From a virus (taxonomy: Duplodnaviria > Caudoviricetes), in the IMG/VR virus record IMGVR_UViG_3300037343_000158, positions 1 to 60,622 of that record: DNA of 60,622 bases, one strand, 5' to 3'. How positions within the stretch are numbered: the stretch's first letter is position 1; every line of letters starts with the position of its first letter. The notes below the pieces were generated by a model. The model did no database searches, was not told the origin of the DNA, and saw nothing but the letters and a program-made list of their open reading frames with translations. The position numbers were made by a program, and so were the translations under genes. Shown here piece by piece: positions 5,514-16,200 of the stretch.

Positions 5514-8234
5514 ATGGGCAAAAGTTTGATGGAGCTTATTGCGCTTTTGCCCATAGAGGAGCAACAGGCTGTCCTTGCTGATATGGACATGGACCAGCTC
5601 ATGTGGGACTGGAACGTTTGGGCTCGCCCTGAGCAGTTAGCACCCGAAGGTGACGACTGGAACGTATGGCTAATTATGGCTGGGCGTGGATTTGGGAAAT
5701 TTTTGGAGATGTCCACTCCAATACTCTATACAGATGGTACGTCTACATACTTCAAAACTATCGGGGACATTCAAACGGGCGACACCATTTTTGATGAGAA
5801 TGGTAAGCCCACTAAAGTACTGCAAGCTCACGTCCCTGATATACCCAAGAGGATGTTTCGTTTGACTTTTTCAGACGGCACTACCTTGGACGCAGGTGAA
5901 GAGCACCAATGGGTAACATGGACCCACTCGGACAGGAAAGCCTATAACCGAAATGTCGGCGGGGCCAAAGGCCTTCCCGATAACTGGCCTCAATGGAAGT
6001 CCACGATTTCTCGCCTGAGATTAGGGTCTCGCATTCCCGTGTCTACTATTGACCGCGCTTTTGAACTTGTGGGCGCTGGGATGTCGGTTAGGAAAGCTGC
6101 AACCAAGCTTGGAGTTTGTAGACAGGCCCTCGCCCCTCACATGCAAGCTGGCAGAAATCTTCACTCGACCATAAATTACGTTAGGCAAGAAACAGGCGTA
6201 GGGCCAAAAATACGCAACACTCAGGAAATTGTAGATTCTTTTACCTACAACGACAGAGGCGACTTCAACCACTCAATTCCCGTAACAGGGGATGTTTCAA
6301 CGCCAATTGCTGATTTACTTATTGACCCGTATTTACTTGGGGTATTTCTTGGAGACGGGACTACTGCATCTAGTGGCTTTACTCAGCACCGTGATGATAT
6401 GGGTCACCTCGTAGATGCAATTTCGGCTGCAGGATACACCCCAACAGAGCCAAAGTATAGAAAACTAATGCACCCTAATACAGGTTCTGTAACTGCTAGG
6501 GGTCTTATCTCTGACTTACGAAAAATAGGAGTACCAGGAACCAAGCACATCCCTGCTGAATATTTATATGCCTCAGCCGACCAACGCTGGGAGCTCTTAG
6601 CTGGCCTACTAGACTCTGACGGATTTATTGACGCTAAATCGGGATATATAGAATTTTCAAATACTAATAAGAATCTTGCCGACGGCGTCATGTTCCTTGC
6701 TCGCTCGCTTGGGCAGAAGCCCACTATGGCGGAAAAAAAGACTCACGCGACTGCTAAAGACGGTACGCGTACTCCTGGTAAACTTGCTTATCGCATTATG
6801 TGGAGACCAACCCGTAACTTTTTCAAGCTTCCTAGAAAAACTGAGCGGTTTATCCCTCTTGGGAATCAGGCGTCTAGAAATTTTCATCGCATGATTGTTT
6901 CTTTCGAGGAAATAGCTCCCGTACTAAGCCGATGCCTCACCGTTGACTCACCTAACTCCATGTACCTTGCTGGCGAAGCTCTCATCCCAACGCACAACAC
7001 GCGCCTTGGTGCCGAATGGGTCCGCGAGCAGGCAAAATACACAACCACAGGGCAAAGAAGATTCGGGCTAGTAGCTCGTACCGCGGCTGACGTTCGAGAC
7101 GTTTTGGTCGAAGGAGAAAGTGGTATAATAAACATTTCTCCTCCTTCAGAGAAGCCACACTACGAACCTTCTAAGCGAAGACTCACTTGGCCAAACGGTA
7201 ACGTTGCCAGTCTCTTCACTGCAGACGAACCTGATGGTTTGCGTGGACCACAATTTACGCATAGTTGGAGCGACGAAGTGGCGGCCTGGAGACAGACCCC
7301 AGACGCTGCTGGCATGACTGCTTTTGACAATATACGAGTTGGTACTCGTCTTGGAGCCAACCCTCAGATGGTTGTGACCACAACACCAAAAAGAGTGCCG
7401 CTACTTTATAAACTTATTGAAGAATCCAAACTTATAAAGACCTCAGGTTCAAAAGTTATTATCACCAAGGGTTCTACTCTGGATAACGCTGGAAACTTGT
7501 CGGGCGCATACCTAGACACAATTACTGGGGTATACGAAGGAACATCTCTCGCGCAGCAAGAACTTTACGGCGAAATGCTTGATGACGTGGACGGCGCTCT
7601 TTGGACAATCGAAATGATTGATAAGGCAAGAGAGCTTATCTACCCGCCTAGCACCCCCCTGAGAGTTATAGGTGTTGACCCGTCGGTAGCAGAAAACCCA
7701 AGGGACGCTTGCGGTATCGTCGTCTGCGCATCCACTGGAGACAGAGACTTGTACAAGCGCCACGCTTGGGTTCTGGAAGACGCTACCATTCACGGCTCCC
7801 CAGAAGTCTGGGCTAATAAAGTCGTTGAGATGGCTCGTCGCTGGGGCGCACCAGTTGTCGCAGAAGTAAACCAAGGTGGTGCTTTGGTTCGTAACGCAAT
7901 CAACGCTATTGACCCTAGCGTAAAGGTTTTAGAGGTCCACTCAAAATACGGTAAAGCTTTGAGAGCCGAGCCAATTGTTTTGGCCTACGAGCAATCTAGA
8001 ATTCACCACGTAAATTATCTACCCGAGCTAGAGTCTCAGATGACTTCTTGGATTCCAGAGCAGACTCGAAGCTCACCAGACCGAGTAGATGCTTTGGTTC
8101 ACGCCATGACAGCTTTGCTAATTAAGCCACCTGCAGGATTCCATGGAGGAAAGCTAACTGCTAAATCTCCTGCTGCAAGAAAGCTTCCGCCGTTCCGTTC
8201 TGGCGGAGGTAAGGTTTTTAACCCTAACCGTTAG
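5514..8234 (+). CDS. terL: terminase large subunit, intein-containing
   Basis: Walker A AGRGFGK|T split by the intein; LRGPQF, Walker B WSDEVAAW, TTTP, QELYGE, nuclease IGVDPS, SPDRVDALV. Confidence 0.95.
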   Translation: MGKSLMELIALLPIEEQQAVLADMDMDQLMWDWNVWARPEQLAPEGDDWNVWLIMAGRGFGKFLEMSTPILYTDGTSTYFKTIGDIQTGDTIFDENGKPTKVLQAHVPDIPKRMFRLTFSDGTTLDAGEEHQWVTWTHSDRKAYNRNVGGAKGLPDNWPQWKSTISRLRLGSRIPVSTIDRAFELVGAGMSVRKAATKLGVCRQALAPHMQAGRNLHSTINYVRQETGVGPKIRNTQEIVDSFTYNDRGDFNHSIPVTGDVSTPIADLLIDPYLLGVFLGDGTTASSGFTQHRDDMGHLVDAISAAGYTPTEPKYRKLMHPNTGSVTARGLISDLRKIGVPGTKHIPAEYLYASADQRWELLAGLLDSDGFIDAKSGYIEFSNTNKNLADGVMFLARSLGQKPTMAEKKTHATAKDGTRTPGKLAYRIMWRPTRNFFKLPRKTERFIPLGNQASRNFHRMIVSFEEIAPVLSRCLTVDSPNSMYLAGEALIPTHNTRLGAEWVREQAKYTTTGQRRFGLVARTAADVRDVLVEGESGIINISPPSEKPHYEPSKRRLTWPNGNVASLFTADEPDGLRGPQFTHSWSDEVAAWRQTPDAAGMTAFDNIRVGTRLGANPQMVVTTTPKRVPLLYKLIEESKLIKTSGSKVIITKGSTLDNAGNLSGAYLDTITGVYEGTSLAQQELYGEMLDDVDGALWTIEMIDKARELIYPPSTPLRVIGVDPSVAENPRDACGIVVCASTGDRDLYKRHAWVLEDATIHGSPEVWANKVVEMARRWGAPVVAEVNQGGALVRNAINAIDPSVKVLEVHSKYGKALRAEPIVLAYEQSRIHHVNYLPELESQMTSWIPEQTRSSPDRVDALVHAMTALLIKPPAGFHGGKLTAKSPAARKLPPFRSGGGKVFNPNR
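5700..6998 (+). mobile_element. intein (433 aa) with LAGLIDADG homing endonuclease, class-3 signature
   Basis: Starts FLEMSTPI after GFGK; block B EEHQW; LLGVFLGDG and LLAGLLDSDG; block F RCLTVDS; ends IPTHN followed by T(+1). Confidence 0.9.
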
Positions 8235-10855
8235 AACCTAGCTATCGAAGTCATTGTCTGCCAGTTCATATCTGTAGGCGTCATCCTTGAAATAACCTTG
8301 AGACCCTTGACAGTTGCGCGAGAACCAGTACCGTCAATCTCCATGCCACGCTCAAGAAGCTTTCTAGTGAATGCAATCTGAGTCATCGAGCGCTCGCCAC
8401 GGTCCTCGGACCAAACACGGTAGACGCTAAACATAGTCTTGATTGTTGTCTGAATCCCTACGGCTTCTTCAGTCTCTTCGGCAAGGAAGATTCCAATACG
8501 GTCTTCGTTCTTGCGATAGACATCAGCTGCTTCTCGAACTCGTACGCACCAACCAAGAGCGTCAGGGTCATTGGAGTTTAGAATCTGCATTGCACCTTCG
8601 ACAGCCCAAGCAAGAACAGCGGGTAGTCCGCCTTCTGGGTCAAAGATGTAGTCCTTAAGGTTTGGGTCTGGGTGAAGAGGCACCTTGTCAAACGGGATAG
8701 GTCTGATACGACGCCACATGGCATCATCCGTAATGATAGGACGGTGGTTTGTAGAAATCCATAGCTTCGCCTGAGACTGGAACGTGAAAGGCTGCTCTCC
8801 AGGAGAACGGGCTGAGATTTCAGAAGAGCCCGTCAACTTCTTTACAGAGTTCTCTTTAATACGCTCGGAGTCGGGAAGCTCATCTACCCAGACCATTCGG
8901 CGTCCACGCAACTGAGCCCAGTGGTAGAGGTCAGTGCTGTTTGACTTTCCGTCGCCCTGAGCCAGAATTGTGGAGTCCAGAGGCCAAGCGTATTGCTGAG
9001 TACCTAGGCACTTAACCAAAGCCTCAACGAAAGTATTTTTACCCGAACCACCAGGTCCATAAACTAGAAAAAGAATGTCGTACTTACTGGAGCCAGTGAG
9101 TGTGTACCCAGCGGCTCTTTGTAGCCAGTCTTGGTATTCTTTGTCTCCACCAGTTGTCTCGTCTAGGAACTTTTCCCAGCGGGCGTTTCGGTGACCACGA
9201 GTGTAAGTAACTGGAGCACGGCGAGTGATGTGCAGGTCTGGACGACCCTTCAAAAGCTCACCTGATTTTAGGTCAATCACACCGTTGAGAACACCCAACA
9301 AGTTTGAGTCATTGTCCCACGTGTCAACTGCTACTTCAACCCTAGGGTCAGACTTAGCACTATCCACTGCTCCACGCAACCGAGAGTTGCTACGAGATTG
9401 ATGCGCCCACTTGAGAACTTCACCCTGCTTATCTGGGTCATGGTTCTCGGTCTCAGAGCCAATAAAGGCGCCGAGTCGCTTAGCAAGTTCTTGAATTTCT
9501 AGGTCTTCGGTATCAGGCTTCCAATAGCCCTCTTTCCAAACAAACCAACCAAGGCCAGTACTGTATCGAGCACCCTTACCAAAAATGTCTACAAGGCGAC
9601 GTCCGTTGCCAGTGTCTGACAAAGAACGTCTACCTGGAGTTCCTCCGTCTTGAACTGCTATGGCGTCTGGGTCTTTAGGCACGTCCATGTTTGTAATGCT
9701 GGTGGCTTCATTAATAGAAGCCCCCTGCTCAATTAGCTCATCTACACCGTGCTCGTACGGACGGTAGATGTTTTCGTTTAGGCCGTCCATTGAATAAGTC
9801 TCGGGAGCCACGACGCCAAGAAGAGGAACTAGCTTTGCTGGGGATTTAGCCGCTCCATTGGATGCGCTAATTTTTACGGCACGGTCTTTTTGCCATTCGC
9901 TGTGCTGAGGGTCATATCTTTGTTCTTTAGGATTATCCGCAACAAACTGTATCCCACGACGAACGTGCATAATCAAAGAGTTTGTGCCCTCTAGCTCCAT
10001 AGGAGGTCGGACGTTATCGTGATTGAACCTAATCATAAACGTTTCAATGAAGTTAGCGGTTACAGGCTCTGTCCCATACTTATTAGCTAAGTGGCAGGAA
10101 AGCTTATAAATCTGTACAGCTCGCTCTCCTTCGTCAATTCCCTCGTTAATAAGTTTGTCGTAGTCAAAATCTTCTACGTCATTTACCCAGTCCCAGTCGC
10201 CTCCACCAGCAAAGTTGTATGAGGTGCGACGACGCTGTTTACGGAGAATACTTAGGAGCTCCTCGGGAGCCTCTGCCATATCAATTTCCCAAGGCGCACA
10301 GCCCTCGGCCCATTCATAAGTAACACCAGAGTGGTGCCTCGAAGGAGAAATAAGGACATAGCCATTGTGCTTAATGTCAACACCTTTTAGCTCAAGAGAG
10401 TTGAGGTTTCCGATTAAGTCTTCTTCTGGGTCACACTTGTAGTAAATGTGGCGTCCACGGCCACTAGTTCTGTCATCGCCGTTGTAGATACCAGTGATGG
10501 CCTCAACGGTTGGGGGTAGCTCGCCTTCGAGCTTTTCTAAAAATTTTACATAGGATTCTGGACCGCCAGAGCGTGGGTCAATGTCGATGACTAAAAAGCC
10601 AGACTTAGAACAATGTACGCCGATGTTGTACTCAGGGTTGGCGCTCCACCACTTGTTAATCTTGTCAATGTCTGAAGTTGATTCAACATTCCACTGACCT
10701 ATTACAGGGTGCTTTCCAACTTCCTTGGGCTCACCGTGGGTCTTATTGCAAGTGCATCGACCGTTATCAATTCCATGGCATGGAAGAATTTTCCAATTCA
10801 AATTTGGGTAATATGTCGACGCCTTTGCGAGACGACTCTTGTCTTTGTTATCCAC
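8231..10855 (-). CDS. bifunctional primase-polymerase fused to D5-like SF3 helicase
   Basis: N-terminal Prim-Pol (GKHP, NIG, VIDIDPR, GRHIYY, PSRH); SDTGNGRR, NGVIDLKSG, Walker A GPGGSGKNT, KKLTG, NHRP, AMWRRI. Confidence 0.92.
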   Translation of the reverse strand: MDNKDKSRLAKASTYYPNLNWKILPCHGIDNGRCTCNKTHGEPKEVGKHPVIGQWNVESTSDIDKINKWWSANPEYNIGVHCSKSGFLVIDIDPRSGGPESYVKFLEKLEGELPPTVEAITGIYNGDDRTSGRGRHIYYKCDPEEDLIGNLNSLELKGVDIKHNGYVLISPSRHHSGVTYEWAEGCAPWEIDMAEAPEELLSILRKQRRRTSYNFAGGGDWDWVNDVEDFDYDKLINEGIDEGERAVQIYKLSCHLANKYGTEPVTANFIETFMIRFNHDNVRPPMELEGTNSLIMHVRRGIQFVADNPKEQRYDPQHSEWQKDRAVKISASNGAAKSPAKLVPLLGVVAPETYSMDGLNENIYRPYEHGVDELIEQGASINEATSITNMDVPKDPDAIAVQDGGTPGRRSLSDTGNGRRLVDIFGKGARYSTGLGWFVWKEGYWKPDTEDLEIQELAKRLGAFIGSETENHDPDKQGEVLKWAHQSRSNSRLRGAVDSAKSDPRVEVAVDTWDNDSNLLGVLNGVIDLKSGELLKGRPDLHITRRAPVTYTRGHRNARWEKFLDETTGGDKEYQDWLQRAAGYTLTGSSKYDILFLVYGPGGSGKNTFVEALVKCLGTQQYAWPLDSTILAQGDGKSNSTDLYHWAQLRGRRMVWVDELPDSERIKENSVKKLTGSSEISARSPGEQPFTFQSQAKLWISTNHRPIITDDAMWRRIRPIPFDKVPLHPDPNLKDYIFDPEGGLPAVLAWAVEGAMQILNSNDPDALGWCVRVREAADVYRKNEDRIGIFLAEETEEAVGIQTTIKTMFSVYRVWSEDRGERSMTQIAFTRKLLERGMEIDGTGSRATVKGLKVISRMTPTDMNWQTMTSIARF

Positions 10856-11037
10856 CGCAACCTCCTCAAATCGCTGGGAAGATTACTCAACGTTCGCGGA
10901 AGATAGTTAAGTAACTTAAAAAATTTTTAGCTTAGTAGGGAAACTATACACCTAGCGCAGTCCGCTGTCTACTAATCGTTCAACGAGTTTCAATATACAC
11001 TATAAGTAACACAAGCTTACTCAGACGGGGCATTCTC

Positions 11038-11475
11038 TTGCAATTTCTTTCATACACTTTTCCAGCTGTGATTATTGACACGGCCAATTGGTGGGAGCCA
11101 GGCACGGCTGATGTTTTGGACATCGGAGACATTGCTATCTACTTAAGTGCTTTAATTGCTTTTGCAGCGGTTGTTGCTGGCACATCTAAGGTTTGGTCTA
11201 GGTCTTTACGCAAAATTGTCAAAGAAGAGATTGAAATTGCCACCGCTCCCATCCATCCGAAGTCCAATGGAGGCCTTAGCCTCGCAGATGTGGCCCGTAA
11301 GACTGGAGATTTAGAAACTTCTCTAAATAAAATCAGCACTCAAAACGAAGAAACCCGAACCATTCTTCTTCAAGTTTTAGCCAACTCGGTCTATATCCCA
11401 ATCGTTGTGCCTGAAAAACAAGTCAAAAAGCCGACTAGAAAAAAAGGACCCACTCCTCCCAAAAAGGATAATTAG
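11038..11475 (+). CDS. membrane protein with coiled coil (holin-like or unknown)
   Basis: One TM segment, then NGGLSLADV motif common in actinophage membrane proteins; start uncertain. Confidence 0.55.
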   Translation: MQFLSYTFPAVIIDTANWWEPGTADVLDIGDIAIYLSALIAFAAVVAGTSKVWSRSLRKIVKEEIEIATAPIHPKSNGGLSLADVARKTGDLETSLNKISTQNEETRTILLQVLANSVYIPIVVPEKQVKKPTRKKGPTPPKKDN

Positions 11476-11623
11476 GTCTTATAGTCGCCATAAGTAGGGA
11501 CTTTTGAAACAGTTTTATTAGATACTTGACACGCCGTAAGTATTATAAGTCGAAAAGTTTGCACTTAGTGTTACAGTTATCGCGAGACTTACAATAAGTC
11601 TTTCCGCCTTACTGGAGGTACTT

Positions 11624-11917
11624 ATGAGTTTAGCCGAAAAGTTGAGCGCTACCCCCCGCACCGATTCTGGTTTGCCCTGCGGCGTAGCCAAGCTTCTTTC
11701 TCTAATTGAGGGAGAAGACCTAGAAGCTTTAGAGATGCTTATGTCTGAGCCCTCTAGCGCCACGACCGTCTCTAATCGACAAATCCACGACATTCTTTTG
11801 AGTGAAGGATATGACGTTGCTTTTTCCTCTATATCAACGCACCGCCGTAAGCAGTGCCGTTGCTTTACAGGGATGAATAGCGTAGCTCGTAGAGACCTAA
11901 AAAAGAAGGCGTCTTAA
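11624..11917 (+). CDS. conserved hypothetical phage protein
   Basis: GGAGG RBS; C...HRRKQCRC motif; TAATG coupling to the next gene. Confidence 0.7.
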   Translation: MSLAEKLSATPRTDSGLPCGVAKLLSLIEGEDLEALEMLMSEPSSATTVSNRQIHDILLSEGYDVAFSSISTHRRKQCRCFTGMNSVARRDLKKKAS

Positions 11918-13122
11918 TGTCTGAGTTGACTGACAAGTTTCTAGCTCTAGTTAGTCCAGGACCAAGCGGGTCTGACACAAGATTAGTGAACGCCCCAGAG
12001 TCTTGGCGTCCCCGAATGGAGATTGACGAGAACGGTGGGTTCATCGTCTCAACACCCAGAAGTGCTGGTGAGATTCCAGACCAAAAAGATTTACTAGAAG
12101 AGTTTGACCTCACCCCAGAGCAGTGGGAAGTTGTCTCAGTAAGAAAATCTAAATGGCAGAACCACGCTGGAGAATGGCTAGAAGCTCACAGAATTTCACT
12201 CAAGCCAGCTGCAGGATTTGGTCAAAGAGATTTTGATTTAGAAAAATTAGTAGCTGAAGTCTCTAAATGGAAGCCAGGCAAGCCAGAAAAAGTTACTTCT
12301 GGCAATCTGGCTTATATTTTTGCCCCTAGCGACCAGCAGCTTGGTAAAAAGCAAGGAGATGACGGCACAGCTCAAACTGTAGACCGTCTTCTTCAAATGA
12401 CAGCTCTGGGAGTTCAAAGACTTAAGGACCTTAGAAAAATTGGTCGCAGTATTGGCACAGTGGTTATCCCACTTCCTGGAGACCACGTTGAGGGCAACAC
12501 CTCACAGAATGGAAAGCTACAAGGCCTTGCGTCTTCAGACTTGGGGCTAACAGAGCAGACAAGAGTTGCTCGTAGGATTCTTATGGCTCAAATTAAGGCC
12601 TTTGCACCATTGGCAGACAGAATTATTGTTCCTGTAGTCAATGGAAACCACGATGAAGTTACCAGACAAGTAATCTCAGACCCATCCGACGGGTGGAATG
12701 TTGAAGTTGCCTCCGCAGTTCAGGACGCATGCGCCGAAAATGAAGCACTAAGTCACGTTGAGTTTAGATTCCCTGAAAAGTCTCACCAGACACTGTCCAT
12801 AGATATTTGTGGCACGCTGCTGGGATTATTCCACGGACACCAAACTGGTAACAACGTTTTGAAGTACTTGCAGGGCCAATCAGCAGGCCAAACCGCCCTA
12901 GGCATGTGTGATGTCTGGATTTCTGGGCACTTTCACAATTTCAAAGCTATGGACATTGGTGGCAGATTGTGGGTCCAAGCCCCTACGGTTGACCCAGGGA
13001 GCGCGTGGTTTCGCGACCGTCACGGCCTAGAGTCTTCTCCAGGAATTCTTACGATGGTGATTGGCGAGGGGCACAACCCTAGACAAGACATTAGCGTAAT
13101 TACTGGGGTTAGAGACAACTAA
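11917..13122 (+). CDS. calcineurin-like metallophosphoesterase
   Basis: SDQQLGK, GDHVEG, GNHD, FHGH, GHFH motifs. Confidence 0.85.
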   Translation: MSELTDKFLALVSPGPSGSDTRLVNAPESWRPRMEIDENGGFIVSTPRSAGEIPDQKDLLEEFDLTPEQWEVVSVRKSKWQNHAGEWLEAHRISLKPAAGFGQRDFDLEKLVAEVSKWKPGKPEKVTSGNLAYIFAPSDQQLGKKQGDDGTAQTVDRLLQMTALGVQRLKDLRKIGRSIGTVVIPLPGDHVEGNTSQNGKLQGLASSDLGLTEQTRVARRILMAQIKAFAPLADRIIVPVVNGNHDEVTRQVISDPSDGWNVEVASAVQDACAENEALSHVEFRFPEKSHQTLSIDICGTLLGLFHGHQTGNNVLKYLQGQSAGQTALGMCDVWISGHFHNFKAMDIGGRLWVQAPTVDPGSAWFRDRHGLESSPGILTMVIGEGHNPRQDISVITGVRDN

Positions 13123-13214
13123 CCCCTGCAGAACTCCCGTACAATAAAAAGCGTAAGAAGAGTCCGCTGCCTGTCGGACCTTCGGCAAGCTTTAATGGAC
13201 CTGGAGCGCGGCCT

Positions 13215-16200
13215 ATGAATTTTTCACCTGACGTTAACACTAGAAATGTCGTTGGTAAGTACCTCAAAGGTACTGGCCTGCCCGCTTCTGGTACCGTAGT
13301 ATTCACGGCTTCTAGCCGAATCGAGGATGTCGACGACGCGACAATCGTTGCCAACCCAATTGTTTTAACTATTGACTCTAACGGAGAGTTCACCGTTGAG
13401 CTCCCATGTACTGACGACCTTGACCTGAGCCCACGTGGCTGGTACTGGACTGCAAAGATTCGCATCAAGGGTTCACGTCCAAAAGAATTCCGCTTCTACC
13501 TCCCTATTGGAGATGAGAGCGATGTAGATATCACCAAGCTTGACACAGTAGATACAGTAACAACTTCCCCCGCAGGTTCAGACGTTGCTAGAGGCTCTGT
13601 AGGCCCACAGGGAGCAACAGGACCTACTGGCGCTGGCGAGCAAGGCCCGCAAGGCCCTACAGGACCTTCAGGCGGTCCTACAGGTGCAACGGGTGCACAA
13701 GGTAACATCGGTAACATTGGGCCAACTGGTGCAGCTGGAACCTCAGTCACCATTGTTGGTTCTCTGGCATCCACAGGTGACCTACCTACAACAGGCGACA
13801 TCGGAGATGGCTACCTTATAAATGGTGACCTTTTTGTGTGGGACAACGTCAACTCCGAGTGGGACAACGTTGGAACAATCCAAGGTCCAGTTGGCGGAAC
13901 TGGTGCAACAGGCGCGGCAGGAACAACTGGAGATGCAGGACCTGCAGGCGCTACAGGACCCACAGGTATTCAGGGTGCAACTGGTGCTATCGGTGCCACG
14001 GGCGCAACTGGTCCAACCTCCACAGTTCAAGGCCCCATCGGTGTCACAGGCCCAACTGGGCCGATAGGTCTTCAGGGTAATTTAGGTAATACTGGTCCCG
14101 CTGGCGTAGCAGGCCCAACAGGCACTGCAGGCCCAACTGGGTCAATCGGCTCAACTGGAGCTACTGGAGTCGCGGGTCCAACAGGTATCCAAGGTGTAAC
14201 AGGAGCAGTTGGCGCAACGGGTGCAACAGGTGCAAGTGGTGTCCAAGGTAATACAGGAACGACTGGCGCTTCAGTTACAGGTGCAACAGGAGCAGTCGGT
14301 GCTACAGGCGCAACAGGTTCAAACGGCCTAGTCGGCTCTACTGGTGCTCAAGGTCCTCAAGGTGTACTTGGCGCGACAGGCGCTGTAGGCGCGACTGGCG
14401 CAACAGGTTCTCAAGGTTTAGTTGGTGCAACAGGTGCTTCAGTTACAGGTGCAACTGGTGCCGCTGGCGCAGTGGGCGCAACTGGAGCTACTGGTTCTCA
14501 AGGCGCTACTGGTGCTCAGGGAGTAGCAGGTCCAACTGGTGCGACAGGTTCGGTGGGTTCAGACTCAACCGTGGCTGGTCCACAGGGTGCAACTGGTGTT
14601 CAAGGTCCGACTGGTGTTGCAGGTGCAACAGGCCCAATTGGTAACTTTGGTGGAGCAAGCTTTGACTACACCTTTAGCACTTCGGTAGCAGACACCGACC
14701 CTGGCACTGGAAAAATTAAATTTAACAACGCTGACCTTCAGAGCGCAACCAATCTTTTTATTGACGATGAGGCTGACGGTGCAATCGATGTTCAGCAATT
14801 CCTCCGCACGATTGACGACTCTACAAGTCCAATCAAGGGACACGTTCGAATCACCAACAAAGTTGACTCCAACGACTTTGCAATCTTTGCTATCACAGGT
14901 GCAATCACTGAGGCCACAGGATACTTTAGAGTTCCTGTTTCTTACCTGAGTGGTCTGGCAACAAGCTTCTCCAATCTAGAAGATATTATTGCCACGTTCG
15001 CAAGAACTGGTGACATTGGTCCTCAGGGTATTCGCGGTGAAACAGGACCTACGGGTGCAACAGGTGCAATCGGTGAAACAGGCCCAGCAGTCACTGGTCC
15101 TACAGGCGCGGCCTCTACCCAAGTTGGCCCCACAGGTTCTACAGGTGCAACAGGTGCAGGAATACAAGGACCAACAGGTGTTGCTGGACCGCTAGGACCT
15201 ACGGGTGCTATTGGTGCTACAGGTGCTACAGGCTCGACTGGACCTCAGAGTAATGTTCTCGGGCCTACAGGCCCAACTGGGCCGATAGGTCTTCAGGGTA
15301 ATTTAGGTAACACAGGCCCAACTGGTGCTACTGGTGCAGTCTCAACAACTCCTGGACCTACAGGTGCAACGGGTAACGACTCCACAGTTCAAGGCCCGCA
15401 GGGCGAGCAGGGTGTCACAGGGCCTACTGGTGCAGACAGCACAGTTGCAGGACCGCAGGGTGTAACTGGACCGACAGGTTCGACAGGTTCTCAAGGTGAG
15501 ATTGGCGTAACAGGTCCCACTGGGCAGACAGGCCCAAGCGGTCCAACAGGTGCGGACAGCACAGTTGAAGGACCGCTAGGACCTACAGGTGCAACTGGTT
15601 CAACGGGTGCTCAGGGTACTGGCGTAACAATCCTTGGGTCATATGCAACCTTAGGAGAGCTCCAAGCATCTGAGCCAACAGGTAATCCTGGAGACGGCTA
15701 CTTAGTAACTGGTGACCTCTACGTTTGGGATGACGTAGACGGCTCTTGGAATAACGTTGGAAGCATTCAAGGACCTATAGGCCCACTTGGTCCTACAGGA
15801 CAAACTGGCCCAACAGGACAGACTGGTTCTCAAGGTGAGCTAGGTGCATTTGCTGTTACAAATGTCACTCCTCCCTCCAGCCCTGATGCTGGCGACGCTT
15901 GGTATAACAGCGAGACTGGTCGCATTTATGTTTACTATGACAACTTCTGGGTTGAGACTTCTGCTGCCCCAATCGGACCGACAGGTGCTACAGGAGACGT
16001 AGGCCCAACAGGAGCTGACTCAACAGTTACTGGTCCTCAAGGTGTCACTGGCCCAACTGGGTATAGAGGAATTACAGGGCCTCAGGGAGAGGTCGGACCG
16101 ACTGGCGCAACTGGAGCTGACTCTGTAGTTGCAGGTCCCCAAGGTATCACTGGTCCAATCGGTGAGACTGGACCTACTGGTGCCGCCTCAACTGTGGTTG

